Shown here one piece after another: positions 38,458 to 49,039 of a stretch of DNA of 64,000 nt. The number at the start of each line of letters is the position of its first letter. Positions within the stretch are counted from its first letter, which is position 1. Source of the DNA: Actinomycetaceae bacterium (GTDB taxonomy: Bacteria; Actinomycetota; Actinomycetes; Actinomycetales; Actinomycetaceae); NCBI GenBank assembly GCA_030538185.1, contig JAUNUK010000003.1, positions 110,125 through 174,124 on the forward strand. The letters are read 5' to 3'. A model generated the notes under the pieces. The model worked only from the letters and a program-made list of their open reading frames with translations, was not told where the DNA came from and did no database searches. The position numbers were made by a program, and so were the translations under genes.

Positions 38458-39729
38458 ATGCGAATCCCCGGAAAACGCCTAGGCATTGGCATTATGGCCG
38501 CTGCCCTCGCCCTGTCCATGGCAGGATGTTCAAATACAGATAAGCCCGCTGGCGACGACGGTACAAAGGATGCCGCCCCAGCTGGTGGTGCTACTGAAAT
38601 CAACTTGCTGGTTCCCAGCTACTCAGATGGCACAAAGGCCCTGTGGGAAGACATCATCAAAGGCTTTGAGGCCGAAAATAGCGACATCAAGGTCAAACTT
38701 GAGGTCCAGTCCTGGGACAACATTAACGATGTCGTGCGCACCAAGATCTCTGGCGATCAAGCACCTGACATTCTGAATATTGACTCTTTCACCTCATACG
38801 CAGCTGATGAACTGCTCTACGAAGCAGCAGACGTGGTTTCCCCTGACACCCTGTCCAACTTCCAGGACTCCTTCAATAAGAACGCCTCTGTTGATGGCGT
38901 CCAGATGGCCCTGCCATTCATTGCCTCGGCACGTGCATTCTTCTACAACACAGACCTGTTTGAAAAGGCTGGCGTAGCCGAAGCCCCCAAGACCTGGGCA
39001 GACTTTAAGGCAGCAGCCGAAAAGATCAAGGCCTTGGGTGAAGCAGGCGTCTCTGCCTACGGCATGCCACTGGGCTCCGAGGAAGCACAAGCAGAAACCG
39101 CTATTTGGTTCTGGGGTGCAGGCGGTGATTACACCGATGGCAAGAAGATCACCATCGATACGCCCGCCAACCTTGAAGGCGCAACCTTCATGAAAGAACT
39201 GATTGATGCAGGCCTGACACAAGCAGACCCAGGCGCATCACAGCGCACGCCGCTAGGCGAAACCTTCTTCCAAGGCAAGGTAGGCATGCTGATCGGCCTA
39301 CCCCAGTACATCAAGTTCATTGCAGACCAGAACCCAGATCTGAAGTACGCCATTGCCCCCATCCCCACCAAGGATGGTTCGGACATGACCCTGGGTGTGG
39401 CCGACCACATCATGGCCTTCAAGAACGACGAAACCAAACAAGAAGCCATCACCAAGTTCCTGGACTACTTCTTCTCTGACGCTGTTTACGTCAAGCACGT
39501 CCAGACAGAAGGCTTCATCCCCACCACCAAGTCCGGTGGCGAAGCCCTCAAGGATGACCCCACAATCAAGGACTTCATCCCCTTGCTGCCTGATGCCAAG
39601 TTCTACCCCTTCACTAACACAAGGTGGCAAGACACACAGGGCGCAATCCAACAAAACATTGGACGCATCGCAAGTGAAGACCCCGCAGGCATCCTGAAGG
39701 AAATCCAAGCAGTAGCTGACGAAGAATAA
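38458..39729 (+). CDS. sugar ABC substrate-binding lipoprotein
   Basis: It has the lipobox MAGCSN, is 423 aa long, and is followed by two permease genes. Confidence 0.85.
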   Translation: MRIPGKRLGIGIMAAALALSMAGCSNTDKPAGDDGTKDAAPAGGATEINLLVPSYSDGTKALWEDIIKGFEAENSDIKVKLEVQSWDNINDVVRTKISGDQAPDILNIDSFTSYAADELLYEAADVVSPDTLSNFQDSFNKNASVDGVQMALPFIASARAFFYNTDLFEKAGVAEAPKTWADFKAAAEKIKALGEAGVSAYGMPLGSEEAQAETAIWFWGAGGDYTDGKKITIDTPANLEGATFMKELIDAGLTQADPGASQRTPLGETFFQGKVGMLIGLPQYIKFIADQNPDLKYAIAPIPTKDGSDMTLGVADHIMAFKNDETKQEAITKFLDYFFSDAVYVKHVQTEGFIPTTKSGGEALKDDPTIKDFIPLLPDAKFYPFTNTRWQDTQGAIQQNIGRIASEDPAGILKEIQAVADEE

Positions 39730-39753
39730 CCCTTCGAAAGATATTCCAAGGTA

Positions 39754-39786
39754 ATGGGGCCCGTCCGAGCATCGGGCGGGCCCCAT
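39754..39786 (+). terminator. intercistronic stem-loop after the binding-protein gene
   Basis: ATGGGGCCCG...CGGGCCCCAT forms a 10-bp perfect stem with partial extension, between the SBP stop (39729) and the permease start (39891). Confidence 0.6.
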
Positions 39787-39890
39787 CCGTACATACACAC
39801 ATTTACGACGTACCGCCCTCGGGAATCTTTATAAAATATCTCTGAAGGCCAAAGTCGGCTAACCCTCCCCCTCCCCGAAGAAAGAACCTC

Positions 39891-40802
39891 ATGGCAAAAC
39901 GAGGACACAAAGACACGCGCACCTTGCGTGACACCATGCGCGCCCTGCCGTGGCTTTTCCCGGTACTGCTGCTCATAGCCAGCATCGTTGTCTACCCCAC
40001 TGGTGTGATGATTTTCAACTCAACCAGGAAAATATCGCGCTCTGGAGTTGATAAAGGCCCCATTGGCTTCGAGAACTATCATAAAGTTTTAGAAAACGCC
40101 GCCTTACCGCGCGTGCTGATGAATACGACCATTTGGGTTATCAGCATTGTCGTGTTGACTATCGTTATCTCCTTGGCTTTGGCACAGTTCCTGAACAAGC
40201 CCTTCCCAGGCAGGCGCCTGGTACGCATTGCGGTTATTGTGCCTTGGGCGGCATCTGTCGTTATGACAACCACAACCATCTACTACGGGCTGGAACCCAA
40301 GTTTGGGATTATTCAACAGTTATTTCATGACCTGGGATTCACGTCCTCTATTGAAACCGGGTTCACCAAACAGCCGCTACCGGCCTTCATTATCGCCATT
40401 ATGGTTGCCGTATTCGTGTCGCTACCGTTTACGACGTACACGATTTTGGCCGGGCTGCAATCGGTTCCCAAAGATGTGCTCGAAGCCGCCCGCGTGGATG
40501 GCGCCGGGCGTATGCGCACGTATTTTTCAATCGTTTTACCCCAACTTCGCCCAGCCGTTGCCACCGCAGCAACCATCAACATCATTAACGTCTTCAACAA
40601 CCTGCCGATTTTGAAGGTTTTGACAGGCGCGATACCGGGCAATAAAGCCGACACGACGACAACACTGATCTTTAAGATGATTGAGGCGCGTGGGCGTATT
40701 GACTTGGCGTCGGCCCTTTCGGTTATTAACTTCTTGATCGTCTTGGTTTTGATTGCTATCTATTTGGTTGTTGTAAAGCCGATGAAGGGAGTTGATGAGT
40801 GA
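39891..40802 (+). CDS. carbohydrate ABC transporter permease
   Basis: This is a polytopic ORF with the EAA loop VLEAARVDGAGRMRTY. Confidence 0.85.
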   Translation: MAKRGHKDTRTLRDTMRALPWLFPVLLLIASIVVYPTGVMIFNSTRKISRSGVDKGPIGFENYHKVLENAALPRVLMNTTIWVISIVVLTIVISLALAQFLNKPFPGRRLVRIAVIVPWAASVVMTTTTIYYGLEPKFGIIQQLFHDLGFTSSIETGFTKQPLPAFIIAIMVAVFVSLPFTTYTILAGLQSVPKDVLEAARVDGAGRMRTYFSIVLPQLRPAVATAATINIINVFNNLPILKVLTGAIPGNKADTTTTLIFKMIEARGRIDLASALSVINFLIVLVLIAIYLVVVKPMKGVDE

Positions 40803-41743
40803 TGTCTGCAAACTCTGCAAACAAGGTTGAAACCATTACTCCAAAAGCTGCACCGGCTGCGAAAAAATCCTCAATTCCGAAGTGGATGGCGCGTTACTAC
40901 ACGGACGTTGCACCCGGACACAAACCCCATATGAAACTGCGTGTCTTTATTGGTTTCTTGGTGTTCATGTTCTTTATGGCCCCTTACATTGTGATGTTCT
41001 TGGGTTCCGTGAAGTCTCGTCCAGAGATTCGCCGCATCCCACCAACGTATTGGCCTGAAGATTGGCGTTTGGATAACTACTTGACCATGTGGTCCACACC
41101 AGAAACCCCTGTCGGATCCAACCTGGTATCCACAATGGTCATCGCCACCTGCGCAACCATTGTGGTTCTGCTGGTCGCCATGCCAGCCGCCTATTACACG
41201 GCCCGTTTCGACTTCCCTGGTCGCCTGGCCTTCATGTTTACGGTCTTGTTGACCCAGATGCTGCAGCCAGCAGTGCTGGTCGCCGGCTTGTTCCGCCAGT
41301 TCTTGGGTTGGGGCATTCAGGACACGCTCTTGGCGATGATCTTAGTGAACTCTGCCTTCAACTTGTCTTTCGCGGTGTGGATGATGCACTCATTCTTCGC
41401 TTCCGTTCCGCGAGAGATTGACGAAGCGGCCCGCATTGATGGCTGTGGCCAGTTCGCGGTCTTGTTCAAGATCAACTTGCCGTTGGTATGGCCAGGCATT
41501 GTCACAGCAGTGATCTTCACCTTCGTGGCAGCTTGGAACGAGTTCGCCGCCTCCTTGGTGATCTTGTCGACGCCAGCAAACCAGCCTTTGTCTGTGGCTT
41601 TGACGAAGTTCGTTGGCCAGTACCAAACCGCATGGCAGTACGTATTCTCCGTGTCGGTTGTCGCGGTTATCCCCGTAATCATCTTGTTCGCGATTGTCGA
41701 AAAGCGCCTGATTGGCGGCCTCACGGCAGGTTCAATCAAGTAG
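40802..41743 (+). CDS. carbohydrate ABC transporter permease
   Basis: It has the EAA loop IDEAARIDGCGQF. ATG 40802 overlaps the upstream TGA. Confidence 0.85.
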   Translation: MSANSANKVETITPKAAPAAKKSSIPKWMARYYTDVAPGHKPHMKLRVFIGFLVFMFFMAPYIVMFLGSVKSRPEIRRIPPTYWPEDWRLDNYLTMWSTPETPVGSNLVSTMVIATCATIVVLLVAMPAAYYTARFDFPGRLAFMFTVLLTQMLQPAVLVAGLFRQFLGWGIQDTLLAMILVNSAFNLSFAVWMMHSFFASVPREIDEAARIDGCGQFAVLFKINLPLVWPGIVTAVIFTFVAAWNEFAASLVILSTPANQPLSVALTKFVGQYQTAWQYVFSVSVVAVIPVIILFAIVEKRLIGGLTAGSIK

Positions 41744-41753
41744 GGATATTTTC

Positions 41754-41766
41754 ATTTCCGAGGGCG
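41754..41766 (+). repeat. copy of 13-mer ATTTCCGAGGGCG (intergenic, abutting terminator)
   Basis: This is an exact match on the plus strand. Confidence 0.9.
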
Positions 41767-41799
41767 GGGCGTTGTGGCTGTAACGGTCACAACGCCCCG
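41765..41799 (+). terminator. terminator of the 38458-41743 ABC operon
   Basis: The 12-bp stem CGGGGCGTTGTG / CACAACGCCCCG is followed by TTAT, and a copy of ATTTCCGAGGGCGG sits immediately 5' of it. Confidence 0.7.
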
Positions 41800-41953
41800 T
41801 TATCTACAGGCTATATACGGCAGTGAACAGTGTTCGCACCAATCGAAACTGCCTGGTATGAATCCTCATTCGGACAGAGATGGTCTGCTGACAAGTTGCA
41901 GCGAACGGCACAGAAGTATTAGAGGTATCAGCAGACCGCAGACAATTGGTGTC

Positions 41954-42589
41954 TCACTGAGCCTTGCGAATATTCGGGTTTTCTCCCCCTTGTTGTTCTT
42001 CGACAATCAACACTTCCTTTTCATCCTCGCGAACGAATACGAATAGTTCACTTTGGGGCGCGTACTGTGGGGTATATGTACGGGCATGGATCCCGTAAGA
42101 AAACTTGGGTGGATTAAAACAATATTCCCAGATGAGAGGGGTTTTTTCTCTTTCTAGTTTTCTTAGCGTCGGCTTTTCAGCCGCAATTCGTTGTAGAACA
42201 TCACAAAGGTTTGTGAGTCTCCTGGTTCTTTCCGGTTCAATAAAAGGTGTCTGATCAAAGACTCCCTCTGGAACATCCTTGGCAAGGTGAATATCCTTGA
42301 CAGTATTTTGGAATTCCAGGACGTAGAACACAGGAGCCCTATCAAACCAGTGTGGCCCCCGAAAATCGAAGGTCTCTATGAGCGCATAATCATCGGGCAC
42401 AACAAGTCCCCAATCTGACAATACTGCTTCAATCCTGCGATCTTCTGGAGGCGGGATGGGGGGAAGCCCACATGACCCCAAGCTCAAGGACAACATCAAA
42501 ACAAAACCCACAACCCACAAGGATCGGAAGTGAACTCTATGCGACAGCTCTAACATAATATTCTGAAACAATGCCTGCATTTTTAGCAT
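41954..42589 (-). CDS. hypothetical lipoprotein
   Basis: It has a signal-peptide-like N-terminus with the lipobox-like LSLGSCG. I recognise no family. It is an AT-richer monocistronic gene. Confidence 0.5.
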   Translation of the reverse strand: MLKMQALFQNIMLELSHRVHFRSLWVVGFVLMLSLSLGSCGLPPIPPPEDRRIEAVLSDWGLVVPDDYALIETFDFRGPHWFDRAPVFYVLEFQNTVKDIHLAKDVPEGVFDQTPFIEPERTRRLTNLCDVLQRIAAEKPTLRKLEREKTPLIWEYCFNPPKFSYGIHARTYTPQYAPQSELFVFVREDEKEVLIVEEQQGGENPNIRKAQ

Positions 42590-42808
42590 GAGTCAACATG
42601 ACAGAAGCCGCACCACTGATCACTAAGATGGCAATCGTCGCAAGCCTCCGTTTTCAAGACCAGAGCCCAAGCACACCGTCCTCGGGAAGAAAAAGTGTCA
42701 ATCGCGAACCCTCGGGCATAATCATTTCTAGGATGAAATTATTGAGCGGTCACTGCCCACGCGCCATAGGTTCTGTGCGGGCACGGCCATATTCGCAAGG
42801 GAGCAATA

Positions 42809-44950
42809 ATGACACAGCCCTGGATGGATTCCAGCCTTTCGCCGCGTGAGCGTGCGGAAAAACTTGTTGAAGCCATGACCCTGGAGCAAAAGATTGCCCA
42901 ACTGCATGGCGCCATGGAAACGATCGACATCTATGCGATGGCCAACAATGCGAAAACAGCGGAGGAAATGGAACAACTGGCCGCCCAGATCCGCGTCGAA
43001 CGCCACGTCAAAGGCATAGACGAACTGGGCATTCCGCGTTTTCGCATCACAAACGGTCCCGTCGGTGTAGGCATGGGCGACGGAACGCCCTCACCACCTG
43101 CAACCTCCCTGCCTATGACGATTGGTCTGGCGGCAGGTTTCGACTTGGATCTGGCTCATTTGTACGGCGATATTATCGGTTCAGAAACCGCGACCCTTGG
43201 CCAACACGTCTTGGAAGGCCCCGGCGTGTGCCTGCACCGCACCCCCATTGCCGGTCGCAACTTCGAGTATTTTTCCGAAGACCCCTACCTGTCTGGCGTC
43301 ATGGGTGTGGCCGTCACCAAGGCCATTCAGGCTCATGACGTCATCGCCATGGGCAAGCACTACGTCGTCAACGACCAAGAATACGAGCGTTTTCGCACCT
43401 CGGTAGAGGTTGATGAGGACGTCTTGCGCGAAATGTACCTCATGCCCTTCGAAATGTTAGTGAAGGACGCAGACATTGCCGCCATGATGTCTGCCTATAA
43501 CCGAGTGCGCGGCGTGTACGCCACTGAATACCGCCACACCTTGACCGACATTCTGCGCAAGGAATGGGGTTTTGAAGGTTACGTGCAATCCGATTTTTGG
43601 TCAACCCGTTCGTGTGCTCCGTCCTTGAATGCGGGCTTGGACCACGAAATGCCGGATGCCAAATGGTTGAACGAAGACAATATCAAGGCCGCATTGAGCG
43701 ATCACTCGCTCGAAATCGAGACGGTCGACAGGGCTTTGGTGCGCCGCTACACACAGATGTTCCGCTTCAATCAGTTCGAACGCCCCTACAATCCGGGCGC
43801 AATCGACGCCAGAAAGCACGGCGCCATCAGTCGCCGCATCGGCCAAGAAATCGCGGTACTACTTAAGAACGAGGGCGGCTTGTTGCCACTGCACCCCTCG
43901 GGTTCAATCCTGATCGTCGGTCAGTCCACTTTCGTGGACGACGCCTGCCTTGGAGGGGGTGGGTCTTCCAAGGTGGACCCCCTTTACACTGTGCCGCCAC
44001 TGGAGGGAATGCGCGACGTTCTGACAGATTTGGGGGCCGACCAGGCAGCCTCGGTTGAAAAGTTCACGGTTGCCAATGACCTGTCGAACCTGGAAGACGC
44101 AAAAGCTGCAGCCGCTAAGGCCAACACCGTTGTGGTGATGGCCGGTTTGGTTGCCACCGAAGGGGCAGACCTTGAACATCCCGTCATGTTCAATGACCAA
44201 GACCGTATGGTTTCTGAGCTGCTGGATGTCAACAAACACACGGCAGTGGTATTGAAGACCTCCACACCTGTTCTTATGCCCTGGGTGGATAAGGCCCCAG
44301 CAATCTTAGAGGCCTGGAACCAAGGGACGGAAGACGGCCACGTGGTCGCCGACCTGCTGTTTGGTGTTGTGAACCCATCGGGCAAGGTGCCCACAACGTA
44401 TGCCAGGCGCGAAGAAGACCTCATGCACTTTGGTGCCCCAGAACGTCATCCGGGCACTGATGAAGGAGACGGCTACCCGGTTATTAGATACTCCGAGGGC
44501 CGCATGCTTGGCTATCGGTGGTTCCAGTCCCAAGGTATTGCGCCGCTGTTTGCCTTCGGGCACGGACTATCCTACACGACTTTTGAGGTTTCAGATTTTA
44601 GGGTGTCTTTGGATTCCATGAAGGCCGATGCGCCTGTTCCTGTCACGTTTAGTGCCCGTGTCACAAACACTGGCAAGCGCAGCGGTAAAGAAGTCGTGCA
44701 GGTCTACGTGGGTATTCCGCATGAAGGACAGCCACCCAAACGCTTAGTCGGTTTCGCCAAGGTAGAAGTTCAGCCGGGAGACAGTGAAACCGTAGAAATC
44801 ACGGTCGATCCCAAAGCCACCAATCATCCTCTAGGTGTGTGGTCGCTGTGCAAGAACGACTTTGTCATCAAACCTGGCGAATACACCTTCTATGTGGGAA
44901 CGTCCTCGGAAAATACCCCCTTTGAGGCAAGGGTGAACATCACCCGCTAA
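42809..44950 (+). CDS. GH3 beta-glucosidase
   Basis: It has a GH3 N-terminal domain with the nucleophile region GFEGYVQSDFW, a C-terminal fibronectin-like domain, and is 713 aa long. Confidence 0.88.
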   Translation: MTQPWMDSSLSPRERAEKLVEAMTLEQKIAQLHGAMETIDIYAMANNAKTAEEMEQLAAQIRVERHVKGIDELGIPRFRITNGPVGVGMGDGTPSPPATSLPMTIGLAAGFDLDLAHLYGDIIGSETATLGQHVLEGPGVCLHRTPIAGRNFEYFSEDPYLSGVMGVAVTKAIQAHDVIAMGKHYVVNDQEYERFRTSVEVDEDVLREMYLMPFEMLVKDADIAAMMSAYNRVRGVYATEYRHTLTDILRKEWGFEGYVQSDFWSTRSCAPSLNAGLDHEMPDAKWLNEDNIKAALSDHSLEIETVDRALVRRYTQMFRFNQFERPYNPGAIDARKHGAISRRIGQEIAVLLKNEGGLLPLHPSGSILIVGQSTFVDDACLGGGGSSKVDPLYTVPPLEGMRDVLTDLGADQAASVEKFTVANDLSNLEDAKAAAAKANTVVVMAGLVATEGADLEHPVMFNDQDRMVSELLDVNKHTAVVLKTSTPVLMPWVDKAPAILEAWNQGTEDGHVVADLLFGVVNPSGKVPTTYARREEDLMHFGAPERHPGTDEGDGYPVIRYSEGRMLGYRWFQSQGIAPLFAFGHGLSYTTFEVSDFRVSLDSMKADAPVPVTFSARVTNTGKRSGKEVVQVYVGIPHEGQPPKRLVGFAKVEVQPGDSETVEITVDPKATNHPLGVWSLCKNDFVIKPGEYTFYVGTSSENTPFEARVNITR

Positions 44951-44962
44951 ACCAAACAAAGT

Positions 44963-45034
44963 GCCGAGTATGTGCCGTGTGGCTGAAGTGTAGGAAATAA
45001 CCTAACACCCAACCACCTGGTACACACTCGGCGG
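44963..45034 (+). repeat. 72-nt palindromic intergenic element, copy A
   Basis: GCCGAGTATGTGCC...GGTACACACTCGGCGG is about 95% identical to copy B. It lies at the convergent GH3 / YfcC junction. Confidence 0.85.
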
Positions 45035-45054
45035 GAATTATTGTCCTGTGTGGG

Positions 45055-46647
45055 CTATCCGTATATCAGGACCTGGGCGACCAGCAGTGCGCCTCCAAAT
45101 CCCAAAACGAACAACACCATTGGCCAAATGAAACGCAACCAGTGGGAGTACTTCATGTCAAGCATCTGAAGGGTTGCCATAACCAGACCAGTTGGCGCCA
45201 AGAACAACATGGCGTATTGGCCCCATTGATATGCGCACACAACAATAAACCTTGGAATGCCAACCGAATCAGCAAGAGGCGCCAAAATCGGCATAGATAG
45301 CACAGCCAATCCCGAGGACGAAGGCACTACGAAGCCCAGTACGAAGAAAATCAACAACATAATGATGATGAAGAGTGGCCCCGACATTCCCTCAACCAGC
45401 TGAGAAGACTGGAACAATAGGGTGTCCGATATGAGGCCCTCGTTCATGACCAGGTTGATCCCACGGGCCAACCCGATGATCAAAGAGACCGCCACTAGGG
45501 ACGCCGAGCCATTCGAAAAGGCATCGACAAGCTGTTTTTCTGTCAGGCGCTGCGGCCCTGTAGCCGCCAGCAACATGATTGCAATGGCGACTGTCAGGAA
45601 CATTGAAGCCATCGCCGGGAACCACCAGCCCTGCGACATCACCCCCCACACCATGATCGGGAATGCGGCGACGAAAAGAACCAGGATAACCTTGCGCCGC
45701 CATGAGAAAGGAATAGATGCTGCGTTGTCACCTTCCATGGCCCACTGCTTGTTGAAAGCTTCATGGTCTGAATAGGTGTAGGAAAACTCAGGGTTGGCCT
45801 TTATTTTCCTGGCGTACCACCACAAGTAGACGATGACTGCTATGGCTCCTACGACACAGCCTCCCACACGCCACCACAGGCCCTCTGTGAAGACAATACC
45901 CGCTGCGTTTGAGGCAATAACGACCGAAAATGGATTGATCGTCGAGAAAGTGGTTCCCATTGAGCCGGCTAGGAAGATTGCCCCGACGCTTATTATTGAG
46001 TCATACCCCAGTGCTATAAAAACAGGCACCAGGATGGGATAGAAGGCCACGGCCTCTTCCTCCAGCCCGCAGCTTGTTCCCCCAAGTATCATCAATACCG
46101 ACACCACGAAGACCAAAGCAAACTCATGCCCTTTGGTCTTTTGCGTCAAGACAAAGAGGCCAGCCTCAAAAGCGCCCGTGGCCCGCACAACACCAATCAA
46201 GCCCCCCAAGACCAAGATGAACACAATGATGTCTGCTGCCTCAACAGTGCCTTTGACCATGGCGTGTGTGATTTCTGAAGCTCCAGCAGGGTTTTGTTCC
46301 AGACGCTCATAAGTACCAGGGATCGAAATTGGCTTAGTGATCGCACCCTTTTGGAACTGTTCAATGCCAATCTGGACCCCCATCTTGTCCAATTCGGCCT
46401 GTGTCGCCTCAACGGTTTCCACCTCCCCGCGAGGGTTGGTGACAGACAGCTGACTTGTTTCCTTGTCATAGGACAGCTTTGAGTAGCTACCTGCGGGAAC
46501 AGACCAGGTTGCTCCTACCGCCAGAATGGTTAGGATGAAAAGAATGGTAAAGGCCGAAGGTACCCCTATTCGAATCCTGTTCCTGCGACGTTCTGCTTGC
46601 CTCTCGGTCTCTTGCTTTGTTGGTGCTTGCGTAGACGACATTGTCAT
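45055..46647 (-). CDS. YfcC/DcuC-family carrier (ArcD-like putative arginine/citrulline-ornithine antiporter)
   Basis: GLEEEAVAFYPILVPVFIALGYDSIISV matches my memory of the E. coli YfcC segment GMGEEAVAFAIIIAPLMVRLGYDSITTV. It is 530 aa long and adjacent to arcBC. Confidence 0.75.
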   Translation of the reverse strand: MTMSSTQAPTKQETERQAERRRNRIRIGVPSAFTILFILTILAVGATWSVPAGSYSKLSYDKETSQLSVTNPRGEVETVEATQAELDKMGVQIGIEQFQKGAITKPISIPGTYERLEQNPAGASEITHAMVKGTVEAADIIVFILVLGGLIGVVRATGAFEAGLFVLTQKTKGHEFALVFVVSVLMILGGTSCGLEEEAVAFYPILVPVFIALGYDSIISVGAIFLAGSMGTTFSTINPFSVVIASNAAGIVFTEGLWWRVGGCVVGAIAVIVYLWWYARKIKANPEFSYTYSDHEAFNKQWAMEGDNAASIPFSWRRKVILVLFVAAFPIMVWGVMSQGWWFPAMASMFLTVAIAIMLLAATGPQRLTEKQLVDAFSNGSASLVAVSLIIGLARGINLVMNEGLISDTLLFQSSQLVEGMSGPLFIIIMLLIFFVLGFVVPSSSGLAVLSMPILAPLADSVGIPRFIVVCAYQWGQYAMLFLAPTGLVMATLQMLDMKYSHWLRFIWPMVLFVLGFGGALLVAQVLIYG

Positions 46648-46828
46648 TCAGCCCCCTGATAGAAATTGATTGCTTACAGACAAAAACTACGTAGGGATTG
46701 TGAGGGCGGAAAGGACTAACAACGGTCAATTCTGGGTCTATTATGGTTTATCCTGAACCAGGTGTCTCTAATACCTAACTAACCGCAGACTCAATGACGG
46801 GATCTACCTCAACGATGAGAGAAACGAA

Positions 46829-47794
46829 ATGTCATCGGTATTATTTTATTATACATTAACAATTATGCTGGTCTGCGGAATTGCAGGAGCCAGCAGCATG
46901 GGCGTCTATCTGATAACACACAGAAGAAGAACGCTTTATGTATTCTTTGCATTTTTGTGTTACTTCTTTGATGTGGCCCTTGTATTTGAAGATGACTTCC
47001 TTTATCACCAAGCCCTACATCTGGCACCTAAAGAAGCATTTATTGGTCACCCTATCGCCTCAATCATATTGGGATATGGGATATTACAAGGTTATTGGTT
47101 GTTCATCTGCGAATACTTGTCAGTTACGTCAAAAAAGATGCGCTACATCCCGGGGCTACTGTTCGTCATTTCGTCTGCTGCCACACTTCTGACGCTTCAG
47201 GCAGGAGGTCTCCAGACGTTTTTGTTCTACACGAATCGTGAGGTCTTTCTAGCGTGGATACTGTTATATATCGCCTGGGCCTACCTACAAGATCCCAGCA
47301 GCACTACCGCTGTTCATCTGTGGCGATACCGATGGTTCTACATCTCTCAGTGGGTCTTCGGCATCGCAATTGTTGTAGAGAACGTCATCTTCCAACTACT
47401 GCTTGAACCGAATTTATTCCTCGACGGCACATTATCTTTCTTCCCAGAACGAAGCTTTGCTGAAAATGCCACTATGGTTTCCGCTGCGATTTTGACAATG
47501 CTCAAGGCACACACAGGACTTTCCTTAAGATCCGAACATATCCCCGATGCCCATACACAGAACACTGAGCACCTCCTTCGCGACACAATTCTTGTTTTTG
47601 CTCCCTCAAATAACTTATCCAAACGTGAAACAGAACTTCTGGAACTGGTTTTAAAGGGATTGGACAACCGGCAGATCGCTTCAAAGCTATACCTCTCCAT
47701 TTCAACGGTAAAGGTTCATGTTCACAATATTTTGAAGAAAACCGGTACAAATAACAGGCAAGAACTAGCATCACTATTCTGGTCCGGAGCCTAG
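46829..47794 (+). CDS. membrane-embedded LuxR-family regulator (AguR-like architecture)
   Basis: It has about 6-7 hydrophobic segments followed by a C-terminal LuxR HTH (LSKRETELLELVLKGLDNRQIASKLYLSISTVKVHVHNIL). It is AT-rich. Confidence 0.8.
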   Translation: MSSVLFYYTLTIMLVCGIAGASSMGVYLITHRRRTLYVFFAFLCYFFDVALVFEDDFLYHQALHLAPKEAFIGHPIASIILGYGILQGYWLFICEYLSVTSKKMRYIPGLLFVISSAATLLTLQAGGLQTFLFYTNREVFLAWILLYIAWAYLQDPSSTTAVHLWRYRWFYISQWVFGIAIVVENVIFQLLLEPNLFLDGTLSFFPERSFAENATMVSAAILTMLKAHTGLSLRSEHIPDAHTQNTEHLLRDTILVFAPSNNLSKRETELLELVLKGLDNRQIASKLYLSISTVKVHVHNILKKTGTNNRQELASLFWSGA

Positions 47795-47982
47795 CCTCGT
47801 AATTATGCAGCTAAAAATGGGTGTAGATAGGTATAGGTGCCTCTAAACACCAAACCATCCCCCCTCTAGGCCCACAATGACACCTCTTGACTATTCGCGT
47901 TTGAATGCGCGCGTCCTAACCTAGAAATGTCAACGTCCACAGATGGAAAACACCTCTTTTTCTCTGGACATCCCACACAGCT

Positions 47983-49014
47983 ATGCAGCATTCAAAGGAG
48001 AATTTAATCGTGGCTTTCAATTTGAAAAACCGGCACCTGCTCTCTCTGGTTCACCACACCCCATCCGAAATCCTCTACCTGTTAGATCTCGCGAGAGACC
48101 TGAAGAGAGCAAAATACGACGGCACCGAACAACAGCGCTTACGTGGAAAAACCATTGCGCTAATCTTTGAGAAAACCTCAACCCGTACCCGTTGCGCCTT
48201 TGAGGTAGCCGCCTACGATCAAGGCGCAAATGTGACATACCTGGAACCTTCGGGTTCACAGATCGGTCACAAGGAAACCATGAAGGACACCGCCAGGGTT
48301 CTGGGCAGAATGTATGATGCCATCGAATACAGGGGTTTCAGCCAAAAACTGGTTCAAGAACTCGCCGATTTCTCTGGTGTTCCCGTTTTCAACGGCCTTA
48401 CAGACCAATACCACCCCACACAAATGTTGGCCGACGTCATGACGATGATTGAACACAGCGACAAACCCGTCCATCAGATTTCCTTTGCCTTTGTGGGTGA
48501 CGGACGCAATAACGTCTCTAATTCTTTGCTACTGATTGCAGCGAAACTGGGGATGGATGTGCGCATCGTTTCTCCCCGTGAGTTACAACCAACCAAAGAG
48601 CTTCAAACCATGTGTCAGGGGTTTGCCCAGGCGTCCTCGGCAAAAATATTGGTGACGGATGATATTGCTGCAGGCATTGACCACGTCGACTTCCTCTATA
48701 CCGATATCTGGGTTTCCATGGGAGAACCCCTTGAATCGTGGAAGGAGCGCATCGATATCCTGCTTCCCTACCAGGTCAACTCAGCCATGATTGAGGCCAC
48801 CCATAACCCCAAGGTGAAGTTCATGCACTGCTTGCCTTCTTTCCACAATTCGGATACCAAGATCGGGCAGGATGTCGCAAAGCACTACCCCCATCTAGCC
48901 AATGGCATCGAGGTAACAGAAGACGTGTTCGAATCCCCTATGAACATCTCTTTCGATGAGGCTGAAAACCGCATGCACACCATCAAGGCTGTCATGGTCG
49001 CATCCCTGGCCTAG
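47983..49014 (+). CDS. arcB: ornithine carbamoyltransferase (ArgI/ArcB type)
   Basis: It has [17 protein letters not shown] and [10 protein letters not shown] motifs, with close resemblance to my memory of E. coli ArgI. An alternative GTG start at 48010 follows AAAGGAG. Confidence 0.9.
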   Translation: MQHSKENLIVAFNLKNRHLLSLVHHTPSEILYLLDLARDLKRAKYDGTEQQRLRGKTIALIFEKTSTRTRCAFEVAAYDQGANVTYLEPSGSQIGHKETMKDTARVLGRMYDAIEYRGFSQKLVQELADFSGVPVFNGLTDQYHPTQMLADVMTMIEHSDKPVHQISFAFVGDGRNNVSNSLLLIAAKLGMDVRIVSPRELQPTKELQTMCQGFAQASSAKILVTDDIAAGIDHVDFLYTDIWVSMGEPLESWKERIDILLPYQVNSAMIEATHNPKVKFMHCLPSFHNSDTKIGQDVAKHYPHLANGIEVTEDVFESPMNISFDEAENRMHTIKAVMVASLA

Positions 49015-49039
49015 TCAGTCGGGTGGAGAGGAGAAAAAG

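Noticed and set aside
43901-43910. GGTTCAATCC, a tRNA T-arm-like string
   Set aside because: It lies inside the GH3 reading frame, and no acceptor or anticodon stems can be drawn around it. I found no tRNA anywhere in the window.
47983-49014. Possibility that the LuxR-linked transferase is a putrescine carbamoyltransferase (an agmatine deiminase cluster lacking aguA)
   Set aside because: The protein keeps the OTC-specific DIWVSMGE loop and resembles ArgI throughout. As I recall, PTCases replace this with a YGLY-type segment. A phylogeny is needed for certainty.
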